A stretch of 63,328 bases of DNA, counting the filler, from Atractiella rhizophila (lineage: Eukaryota), in assembly GCA_021432655.1 (NCBI GenBank). It is 4 parts of 3 records of this genome, joined end to end, with 100 filler letters (N's around TTAATTAATTAA, not from the genome) between each part and the next. Parts side by side here need not be neighbours in the genome. Positions count along the whole stretch, not along the records: positions 37,883 to 53,136 come from MU271594.1; positions 53,237 to 63,328 come from MU271604.1; 2 more parts are not named here. One strand, 5' to 3'. Below the pieces are notes generated by a model that was not told where the DNA came from, ran no database searches, and saw nothing but the letters and a program-made list of their open reading frames with translations. Each line of letters opens with the position of its first letter. Position 1 is the first letter of the stretch. The position numbers and the translations under genes were made by a program. This document shows, piece by piece, positions 50,816 through 61,397 of the stretch.

Positions 50816-51668
50816 CCCAAGTTCGTTCCGCCAAAAAATTACTTGTGTTCCATCTTGTTCTTCTGGCACAAGTGCTAGGGTTAGTCAGACACGCGGGGAC
50901 GATGCCGTTTCGAGGAAGACTGACGGCGACTGGTAAATTCCCGCTCCTTCGTTTTGCGAGATACCCAGATGAGAACGAGGCTTTCCTGGAAATCTTGCTC
51001 TCGCACCCGCCGAAAAGATCCGTCAGATCTCTATAATCAATGCATGCATTATGAGCTAGTCGTCCGATTCAAGCATACAATGGAGAAGACGTACGATTGT
51101 GTGAAGATTGCCTGGAGTTTGACCAGGTTGTGAAGCGAACTGCTTGAGGAGCTCGAAGAGCAGTTCTCCTTCATCTGCAACCGAAAATTCGCCACAGAAT
51201 TCTAGCTGATAGCTTCGCCATCTCCTTACTGGCTTTCTGACTGCAGACGAGGTTCGCCCAAGTGGATTTAAGTCGTAACAGGAGACCAAGACAGACCTTT
51301 GACGTGGAATATTTCAGCTGGGAGACGCAGTAATTGATCAGATGTGCCACGTCTTTGCCCCAAGAATTTGACTCACGTTCATCCTCACTTTGGGAGGAAG
51401 CATTATTCAGAGTATTATTCGTTGCCATCGTTGTCCTTTCATACGAGATATTAATGGTTTCATGGGATTGGATGATGACTTGACAATGTATTAACGCGCC
51501 GAACGTAAATATCTTCATTTGTCCGAAGTTTCAGCAAAGTTTCGGCCTTCTCGCTGACCTCGTTGCTGATTGATTTTACAATTACAAACAAAACCGCCAA
51601 CACTGCTAACGACACTGTTAACTCGTGGGGACCGTTCTGTCAGCTCCTGCAGCTTTGCCAGCTCAACT

Positions 51669-53136
51669 ATGGCGATGAATGGAACAAGCGGCGTTGTCTA
51701 TGTGTTTGCGCGTCATGATTTTGAGGCTGAGAACCCGGATGAGCTGAGTTTTAAGGCTGGGGAGAGGATCAGGGTGATCGAGAAGGACGAGGTTTATCAG
51801 GATGGCTGGTGGCAGGTTCGTGCTCTTCTCCTTCTCCTTCTTTTTCTTCTTCTCTTTTGGGTTGTGGCGTTGGACGGAAACATGCGAAGTGGCAAGGTGG
51901 AGGTTATTGACTATCCGGATTGGGATGACAGGGAGAAAATGCTCTGGGTGCCTTCGGTATCTTCCCTGGCTCTTACACTTCCGAAGAGCCACCTGAAGGC
52001 TACGTTCCTCCCTCCGAACCGTTGCGGTCGACATCGTCAAACGGTGTCATGTCGTCAACACTCAACGAGATCGACAATCACCTCTCCACCCTTGATTCCT
52101 CTAGCCTCTCCACCTCCTCCTCTATGCAACACCGTACCTCTGGCGGAGGGACGACACTCCATACTATCGCAGAAGGACCCGACGACGATACAAGCTCCTT
52201 TAGACCAGACGATGAGGATGCCGATACCGAGTCTCAGGCTGGTTCGGCAGACGAGGATGAGACCTTCGATCCGCATAAAGCGCGAGAATTGCTGGCTGAG
52301 AAGGCGAAGCTGAATCTGTCGAAGCAGTTGGAAGCTGAAAGGAAGAAGAGAGAGCGCCAGCGGACGGAGGAGGAGGCGATGTGGGCAAGGTTAAATGCTG
52401 GAGGGGTGGATGGGTTGGAGATCAGTGACGAGTCTGAGGAGGAAGAGGGCGAGGGGCCGCTTTCGAAAAAGATGGCGGAGGAGGAGGAGGAGGAAAGGAC
52501 GAGAGAATTTGACGCCAGGATGAAAGGGATGGGATTGGATATCTCGCCCGAGGAGCGAAGGGAGCAGTTGGAGAAGGCGAAAGATACCGCACTGCCGCCA
52601 AGCCCGGCTTTAGTAACGAGCTTTGAGGATGTGAAGGGTGTACCCCTCAATGACGGAGGGTCGAAGTTGAAGGACTACCTTCTGCCCACTCCTAACTCAG
52701 AGGAGGTCGAAGAGCTCGCCATTCCAACCTCAGACTCGCAACCGCAACCATCTGTGGCAGTCGAGCCCCAATCTCAACCACAACCCGAGACTTCTCCTGT
52801 CCCTCAGGCCTATGCTCTTTCTCCCATCGATCCAACAGCTCCAGTGTTCCCACTCTCTGCTTCTCCTGAACCGAGGTCCGCTCTCGTGCCTTCCCCGTCT
52901 CCCGAGCCATTCGCGCAAGCGGGACAAGCATCTCCTTCCCCTGCTCCCTCTCCCGTAGCAAACCCTGCGCTACTTGCGTCTACAACGACAGCCACCACTG
53001 CCACTACGACGGAAGAGAACGCGAGCAATGCCGTTTCTACGTCGGCATACACGAATGGAGCTCCAGCTGGAGTCACCACCGCGAACACATCCGCGCGTAG
53101 CAGCGTTCAAGAACCTACGTCTGTGGCGGAGAAGAA
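51669..53136 (+). CDS. N-terminal SH3 polarity adaptor (Boi1/Boi2/Pob1-like), truncated at linker
   Basis: YVFARHDFEAENPDELSFKAGERIRVIEKDEVYQDGWWQ|GENALGAFGIFPGSYT, followed by an acidic/Pro-rich region. SAM and PH domains are not seen. Confidence 0.8.
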
Positions 53137-53236
53137 NNNNNNNNNNNNNNNNNNNNNNNNNNNNNNNNNNNNNNNNNNNNTTAATTAATTAANNNNNNNN
53201 NNNNNNNNNNNNNNNNNNNNNNNNNNNNNNNNNNNN
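53137..53236. other. Artificial contig linker
   Basis: TTAATTAATTAA at 53181-53192 inside Ns. Confidence 0.95.
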
Positions 53237-53516
53237 TAAAAGTTAACTTCATACCTAACGCGGTGCGGGGAACTCACTTAATGACTACTTAGTAACGGAG
53301 GTCTACTATTACGAAGACGTAAAGGAGGGCAACACGGAACCCAAAACGCAGCAGAGATCAACGAACTAGTAAGACCTACCGGAATTTTCCCCGGACGCGG
53401 TAAGTTCTGTGGACAGCCTATGTAAGGGGCAAGCACTCCGCCGACTTCGTTTCCTAGTAGGTAGTTAGGAAACCGAGCAAAAAGCTGACGTTCAGCTATA
53501 AGTACTTCTACCGAGA

Positions 53517-56470
53517 TCAGCGCCTCTTCTCCCTCTTAGCTCTTCCACCAGGAGCAGCACCTTTGCGATCAGCCTGCCGCCGATTTTTTGTATCCACTTG
53601 ATCGTAAAAGTTGGTAGCCTTTTTCTTGCTTGTCTTCATCCTCTTCTCCTTTGTAAGCTTTGAATCAGGCTCGTCGTCATCGAAGTCGGCAGCTATTCCA
53701 ACAGCGATTCACGTTCAGCGACCTAAAGAACTGAAGACTAAAGAGACCTACCTCGTTTCTTCCCTTTCGGCGGTACCTGGGCCTTCATTGATGCCTGCGC
53801 AGCTTTCGATCCAACTTTGGATTTTGGCTTGGATTTGGAAGATTCGGCTGGTGGAGGGGTATTGACGAAGATTTCAACCGACTGTTCGCTCTCTTCATCC
53901 CAGCCATCTAAATCTTCATCGCCATCCTCATCCTCATCAGCGTCCTCGTCCTCGTCCTCGACAGCATGCATGAGGCGTTCCACTTTGCTACTGATAGACT
54001 TCGTCGGCGATGTGCGACCATTGTTCACAAGGTCATCCCAATCGATCTCCTCTTCATCACCCTCTTCCTCTATCTCGTCTTCCTGCTCAGCGACAGCGGA
54101 TGTATCTTCCGCCTCCTCTTCATCGCCCTCATCTTCCTCCAGGAAACGGCCCTTCTCTCGCACCACCTGGTGTAGTGGTTGAGCAACTGCTTTAAGCCTA
54201 CCAACCTCCACTTCAGGGTTCTTCGCGGTATTCTTCTCCTTTTTCTTCTCTGTCACCTTCTCTACCAGCATCTTCTTCTCAGTACCGTCTTGCCCTTTCG
54301 ATTCTGTCTCAGGGGGACGCTCAAAATACGGAATCCTCCCCCGTATCCAGTCGTTGAGCACCATGATGGAGGTTGTTCTCAAATCTGCTTCTCCACCCTT
54401 CAACAAGCGACCGCTCTTCCGTGACAGTACGTCAAGAAAATCCTCGGAAGTCCCGTCCCACTTCCATGCATCGTAGAGACCGTAAGTTCGCCGAATGTAG
54501 TCAGGTTTAACCCGTGCGAGAAGGGGAGCAATGTGATCTTGTGGAGAGGACAAATGTTCGACTCGGACGACGCCTTTCAACACCTTCTGTGCTTCGGTAT
54601 CGCGAGCGGAAGCAGGAACGATACCAGGACAGTCGATGAGGTAGATACGGCGCATGAGAGTAATATATTGCCACACCTGCTCAGAAGCGTAACTCATCAG
54701 TATGTAGGATGCTGTCGAGTGTAAATCACTGACTTTCGTCTCTCCGGGAATTGGCGCAACATTGCACACCTTCTTTTTCTTCAAAGTATTGATAATACTC
54801 GACTTCCCGACATTAGGATATCCGAAAAATCCCACAGAGATCTGTTTTTTGTCGTTGAAAAGAGTGGAGAATTGGCGGAGGAGCGATATGAGGGAACCTT
54901 TCCCAAATGAGTTGTTGATGGATGCGTGGAAGGCGATGGTCGGATTGAACGAGTCTGAAAACCAGGGTTCCGTGTCTCTTTTGCTGGTGCCAACCTCTAC
55001 CCGCTCCCGCCAAAAAACGCCTGGAGCGCTTTTGCCGCCGACTCGGTCACCGTTCGTCAAGCTTCCAACGTTAACTACCTGGTCGTCTTCGGGTCGGGCA
55101 CCTACGGCACCTCCCGCACCTCCTCCTTTACGTCAATTTGCTACACTTAGGCCTAATGTAAGAGTCGCGTCCTTGCAGCTTCTCCTAAACCCCCCTTAAC
55201 ATGTTCCACTCTCAAACACACAGGAGACACCAGCGGTTTCGACTCTCTGCTCTGCTTATCCAGTAACTAAGAAGGCTACAGAACTAGTTACAGGACCTAC
55301 GCTCTCTAGGAAATCCGTTGAGGCGACGCTCGTGTAACTCTTTATAAACCGCTTCCTTTTTCGCACCCTTCTTCGAACAAACCCATGAGTTATTCTAGCT
55401 AGACCAGGGACCAACCCATCGACACTCAGAAAGAGTAGTAAAAAGTTCCGTAAGGAACGTGGTGTTTGTTCAGTCCAGGAGGATTGGGATAGTTCCCTGT
55501 TGTACTCCCTTACTGGCAATGCAAACACCTTCTAGCTTTCAAAATTTTCTCATCTTCAAGCCTGAACGTCAACTTTCTGTCCGATCAGCTAATGGAGAAT
55601 TTTTCCCTTTCTGCACGGCGTGAAGAATCAATTATGAGCGTGTATTAATAAAGTTCAGGAGTGTTACTGTTATGATTGTGTATCAACTTTTGACTGTATC
55701 CGCGCTACCCAGTTTATGGAAAGAGTCNNNNNNNNNNNNNNNNNNNNNNNNNNNNNNNNNNNNNNNNNNNNNNNNNNNNNNNNNNNNNNNNNNNNNNNNN
55801 NNNNNNNNNNNNNNNNNNNNNNNNNNNNNNNNNNNNNNNNNNNNNNNNNNNNNNNNNNNNNNNNNNNNNNNNNNNNNNNNNNNNNNNNNNNNNNNNNNNN
55901 NNNNNNNNNNNNNNNNNNNNNNNNNNNNNNNNNNNNNNNNNNNNNNNNNNNNNNNNNNNNNNNNNNNNNNNNNNNNNNNNNNNNNTGTCTGGTGGATCCG
56001 CTCTGCAATCAACCTCCACGAAGACACACCAGCTGCGGCGAGGACATGGAAAAAGTCGTCTCTACTCAAACATGCCATAATACCCGCCATAATAGTAGAA
56101 GCGAGAATGCGCAAGAGATTTGAATAGGGTGAGCACCAAGGACAGTGTTAGCTTTTATCCAATGTGTACCTTCCATGAAAGTTACACCAACCCTGAATGA
56201 CTACTCTCCTTCGCCCAAAAAGTAGTTCAGTACGTCAAAGAAACTCACCAAACCACCTCCGATCAGCCTCCACCCTCCCTGGTTTCACCTCCGCCTCCGT
56301 ACTCTGGAACGGCGCAGCCTTGAGAATCTTCCCATCCCTGTCCCTGACAGCCTTATGGCCGCTACTATACATCTTCAGCCTCCCGATCTTTTTCGAATCA
56401 TTTCGATAGAAATTCGATCCTTTGACATGCTGCTTCGTCTCGTTAGGCTTTTTGATTTAGTGACCGCCAT
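53517..56470 (-). CDS. NOG2: Nucleolar GTPase Nog2 (60S biogenesis); middle part mirror-reversed and gapped
   Basis: [16 protein letters not shown]. Mirrored block gives FGPKAQRKRPRL, SKRIWGELYK|VIDSSDV..DARDPLG and LNKIDLVPGWVA|ARWVK. Then [22 protein letters not shown] and IDCPG. Confidence 0.95.
54950..55727. other. Mirror-reversed block inside NOG2
   Basis: The plain complement read left-to-right encodes the missing Nog2 residues and joins in frame ...KYLSQ to FNPTIAFH at 54949. Confidence 0.95.
55458..55646 (-). ncRNA. snR191: H/ACA snoRNA snR191/U19 homologue in a NOG2 intron (read as the plain complement because the block is mirrored)
   Basis: Basal stem ccacaaac/gtttgtgg; pocket GTCA+GTTAC; H-like AGATCG 14 nt downstream; second pocket GAGT+TAGTTA with ACA 14 nt downstream. 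Both pockets fit LSU helix 69 GUAACUAUGACUC. Confidence 0.88.
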
Positions 56471-56584
56471 CTCACAACTGTTTTCTCACAAAAGTGGGGA
56501 GACGCTGTTGTTGATCGTTGTCGAAATTTTTTTTGGACTGACTTCTCATCCCGCATTTCTGAAAAGATCAAGTTTTACAAAACG
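56471..56584. promoter_or_regulatory. Probable bidirectional promoter between NOG2 and MAK21
   Basis: 114 nt between divergent ATGs; RRPE-like gaaatttttttt near 56523. Confidence 0.6.
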
Positions 56585-59500
56585 ATGAAAATGTCCTCCC
56601 CTGCCCCTTCCGACAGCTCCTCAGCTTCAGGATTGGACGAAAATGCTCTATTAGACGATATTAAGGCGCTGGGAGGTGATGAGAGTGATCTGAAGCTTTT
56701 GAAGAGCATTCCCAAGGACTGGCAGAGCGAATCGAAAGTATTGCCTGTAGACGTGAGTTTTTCTCCGCCATTTAGATATTATAGATCGCTGATATAATGC
56801 AATTATGGCATAGACAAAGGTTGAACGCGAGTTAAAAGCACTCGTAAAGAGCTTGGGATTCGAAAAAGTCAAGAAGTCCAATGTGAAAGAGGAAGATGTC
56901 AAATCAGATGTTAAGGTGCAGCAGGAAGCTGTGGAAGAGGAGGACAAAGAGGAGAGAGAGAGTAAGGAGATGAGGAAAGTTCGGGAGCGAGTAGAAAAGG
57001 TAGAAAGGAAAGTACCTGAAGGAAAAGGTTGGGTGAGTCTTTCTTTCTGCTAATGGGTTCTGTGGTGAGAGAAAGTGGTTTTTCTTCTTGATGATTTATC
57101 GGGTGTTCCGCAGGTTTTATTGTTTGATTCAGTTCCATGAGTGAGACGTGGGTCGATCATCCAAGTTGCGCGACCTCCATCTAACCAATAATTTCACAAT
57201 AACCGGTGTCAGGTCCTGTCGAAGCCGCATGCTTCCACTCCGTCGTGTCTGTTGATTGCTGTGACTATATTCCTGTTTCCTCCTGAGTAGAAGAAGAGCA
57301 GAAGGCGTTATTGGAAGACCACCCAGCTCACTATTTTGACTTCCCTCAAAGTCAATACCTGGAGCTGATGCTTTAACGCACATCAGCAAGGTATTCCGCT
57401 AGAATGATTATCTGGTTTCATGCAGAAACAAGGCCAAGCAGTATTCAACGGAACTAATTGTCAGAAGACATTAGCTGTGAATGATGCGGTTCCTCTTCGT
57501 GCTTCTCTCCTGATTCCTACTCCTTCAACTTCGACGGACGATTATGGATTTGAGAATTCTAATTCCAGCTTGCTGTTTGAACAAATTAACCTTCCCAAAA
57601 TCGTGCCTGAAAAGTTGAACGACGGTTTGATCCTCCAACAAGTGTGTTACCGCTGCTTCTTCCTCCAGTTTCGAAGCCTGCGAAACGAAGCGGTATGAAT
57701 GAGAGGTCGTTAGATCACATCCATCATTCCCGTGCTTCTTTCAGAATCCCGAGCTGGAAAGTTCACCCGCCCGAAGTGTCCAGTGGCTCCAGCGCCATGT
57801 TCTTGCGATGGTGCCTTCTAATAATGCCCGTCTTCTTGTGATACCGCTCATAGAGCTTGGAGTGGGGCAAAACCAGCAGGTCCTTTCATGAAGACATTCA
57901 TTCTGTACTTACTAGAGCGACAATGCCGGATTTGCCACGACAGGCACCGGTTATCGTCACTCACGTCACCAACCCTGCCAAAGGATTGCGGTCAACATAG
58001 TATAATCAACCCTGTTGAGACCGGTCGGCTCTAGTGCACTGTCACGCAATCACCATCGAATTCGATGTTGACAGCAGTGTGAATGCCCCCTTTCGTTTCA
58101 TGATTTCCCTCTTGTTTGAGGCCGGGCGATCGGCCCTGGAAGACCCATGGAGCTATTGCTGTCGTCTGTGTTTCTTTCTGGACTGTCAGCCGTCTTAGAA
58201 CATGCCTCTCGTTCTTCGACGACAGTCGCCAGCACGCAAGATGCCCTGAATCTCTCTCAACTCAACTCTATCGCGACTTTCAAACTTAATTCAATGTTCC
58301 GATGTTTAGTTTGAGATTATCTCATTTTCGTCTTCGTTGCTTATGGAATCAAAAGTTGACTTCTAGTTTGACAGCTTTCGACCCCAAACTCTCAATGGCA
58401 TGCAGTGGATCTACCAGTCATCTATCCAGCACCGGTCACCGCCTCCCTTACCTCTGATCAGACCTCTGCGCTCAAGGAACATGCTCATTCGCTCCTTTCC
58501 TCGCTACCGTCATCACTCACGTTCATTCCTGCTTCTGACGCACATTTCATCTCGACATTGCTTTCGTCTGGAACTTCAACATCTTCAGATCGTATCTCTG
58601 CTCTCACACTTCTCGTCACTCAAGCGCCCCTTCATTCCGTGACGCAACTTAACGCGATCTTGAACATTTGTCGGAAGAAGAGCAGAGAAGAATCTGGACG
58701 TGCAGTTCGGGCTATCGTTGATTGGTTGGCTAGGGCTTCAGGATTGCCTGAACGGAAATTGAAGGTGTTTGAAGATCAACCAGGACTAGACAAAGTGGGA
58801 GGATGGGCCATCCATCTTGGAATATTGGAGGAGATGAAAGGAAAGCCACAGAAGAGGAACAAGGGGAAGGGGAAGGACAAAGATGAGGGAATGCTGAAGG
58901 AAGAGGTAGAAGCTATCTTGACAGTTTGGGCTTTTGAGGATTTTATGAAAGGGTGGTTCTTCGAAGTTCTGAAGACCATAGAGGTAAACCTCCCCTTCTG
59001 TCAGCTGAGGACTTGATTGATGGTGAAGTCTAGACACTCTCACACGATCCGCTGCCTTTCGTTCGCAATCAACAAGTTTCACACCTCTCCCTGCTGCTAA
59101 AGTCAAAGCCAGAGCAGGAACAAAATATTCTCGCCCTCCTCGTGAACAAGCTTGTTCGTCATCAATCATGTTGTGACTAAAGAATAGTTCTGACCAAACT
59201 GACAGGGAGACCTCGACAAATCCGTCGCCTCAAAAGCGTCTCACGAAATCCTACAAACGCTCCAGTTCCACCCCATGATGAAATCGATCATTATCCGCGA
59301 AGTCGCTAACCTCATCCTTCGACCAACACCTCCTGCCGCTCCAGCTCCTCCAGCAAAGTCGAAGAAAGGAAAGAAATCCGCACCGCCGCCGCCATCGGCA
59401 AAAGTCACAGACGCTAATGAACACGCAAGATATTACGGCATCATCACGCTGAATCAGATGGTCTTGTCGAAGGGAAAGGACACGGAAGCCGCGAATAAGA

Positions 59501-61397
59501 TGATTGAGGTATATTTCGAGATGTTCGAAGACGTCCTAGGACGGACTGCCGATGAAGAGAAGCAAAAGGAGAAACCGGATGATGAAGAGGAGGAGTCAGA
59601 TTCGGTGGATGAGGAGACAGAAGGGAGAATGAATAAGCTCAAGCGCAAAAGGTTCGAGCGGACAGGGACGGGAAAGTCGAGGAAAGAGAAAAATCGACAA
59701 GACAAGGCGACTAAGGGGGGTCCGAAGGACGATAATCAAGATGTCGGAGATGGAGAGAGCAAATTTATGGCTGCCATATTGTCTGGTGTCAACCGCGCGT
59801 TTCCCTACTCCAATTTTGACGACGAATTGTAAGTCCCCGTCTAACTCGACAGAATTGGGCGTTGACAACGTTGTGCAGGCTACAGCGGCGGATGGATACG
59901 CTGTTCAAAGTGACGCACACTAGCACATTAAACGTGATGATCCAATCATTGCAACTGATTTATACCATCTCATCATCTCGCCGGGTGCATTTTCTCTTCC
60001 CCGTTCTCCCCGAAATTACCAGGATCCAGATTGCTGAAATGTCCATGTGGGGTCCGCAGAAAGTATCCGACCGGTTCTTCCGCACGCTCTACGATTCTCT
60101 CCTCGACCCACGTCTCGAGTCTTCATCCAAACAAGCGCTGTATCTCAATTTAGTATTCAAGGCTTTGAAAGCGGATGAAAGTTTTGAGCGCGTTGCAGCT
60201 TTCGTGAAACGGATATTCCAGATTTTGGCAGCGCATCAACCGCCTTTCGTTTGCGGTGCTCTTTTCCTCTTATCCGAGGTATGCATCCTCTTTTGACGGC
60301 AAGAGTAGGAACGTTGACTTCCTTACTCCAGCTCTTCAAGATCACTCCGAAGTTGAGAGTTTTGCTTGATGGCCCATCTGACAAGAAGGAAGGAGGAGAA
60401 TACGATTGGAGGAAGCGGGATCCTCAGTACGCTCACGCGGAGACAACGTGTCTATGGGAGCTCGTGCGTGCATCCAATTTGACTCGCAATACAAGAAACG
60501 AAACTGACGGGCTTCGGGTACAGACGCCGTTCTTGACACACTACCACCCGCTAGCAGTGCACCTCTCCGCCTCACTGCTCGCCTCGGATCCCGTCCCATC
60601 GTCTTATTCCGATCTGGAAAAGCTCACGACAGCACATCTCCTGGACAGGTTCGCCTACAGGAGCGCGAAGAAGGAGTTTTCGTCAAAAGGCTCCTCCCTC
60701 ATGCAGAGCGGGGTGCAAGGACAGGATAAAACGGGGATGGTCAGTTTGAGGAAAGGCACTGGGATGGTGGACGAGTTGGCGGTCAATGAGAGGCGGTTCT
60801 GGAGGATGAAGAGGGAAAAGGTGGAGCCTGATCTCGTCCGTTTTCCTTTTCTTCAATTCTTGAAGAATGCCGGGCTGATGAGATGAATATCAGTGGTTTT
60901 TCCATACATATTTCAACCTCAAGCATCAGAAGATGGCGAATGAAGAAGTCGAGCCGACAAAGGGAGGACAGGATGTGGACGAGTTCGCCCGAAGTGAGAG
61001 TGAAGATGAACCTGACGAAGAGGAGGAGAAGGAGATTTGGAAGGCTATGAAGTCCTCATTGCCTGCAGATGGGGACTTGGATGATGACATTTCAATGGGA
61101 TCTGGAGCTGGAGGGGAGGACGATGAGGGCCTTGAAGGCTTCGACGCCATGTCCTTTGACTTCTCAGGGTCTGGGTCCGACGATGGCGCTGGCGAGAAAT
61201 TTGGCGACGACGAAGACGACCTGCTGGATAGCGACGAGGACATCGTGCTTGGCAGATCTGATGCGTCGGCAGGAGAGGATGAGGAGGCCGAGTCGGGGAG
61301 GCGGAAGAAGAGGAAGTCGGTGAAGAATCTGCCGCTGTTCGCGACGGCGGAAGAATACGAGCATCTTCTTCAAGACTCGGGTGAAAGCGATGGATGA
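56585..61397 (+). CDS. MAK21: Ribosome biogenesis protein Mak21/Noc1 (CBF domain)
   Basis: SGTSTSSDRISALTLLV, KPEQEQNILALLVNKL|GD, YYGIITLNQ, AILSGVNRAFPY, DRFFRTLYDSLLDPRL, YDWRKRDPQYA and FATAEEYEHLL. Confidence 0.95.
57085..58253 (+). ncRNA. Candidate large structured intronic RNA in MAK21 intron 2
   Basis: Lies in a 1,342-nt phase-0 intron (57033-58374) with nested inverted repeats; TGATGA at 57089 and CTGA at about 58247. Family not recognised. Confidence 0.5.

Noticed and set aside
57033..58374. MAK21 intron as telomerase RNA, RNase MRP/P or snR30
   Set aside because: Only 6-nt matches to a TTAGGG template; no GRRAAGUCCCC CR-I; ATATTCCTG is not followed by AAACCAT and ACA at the expected spacing.
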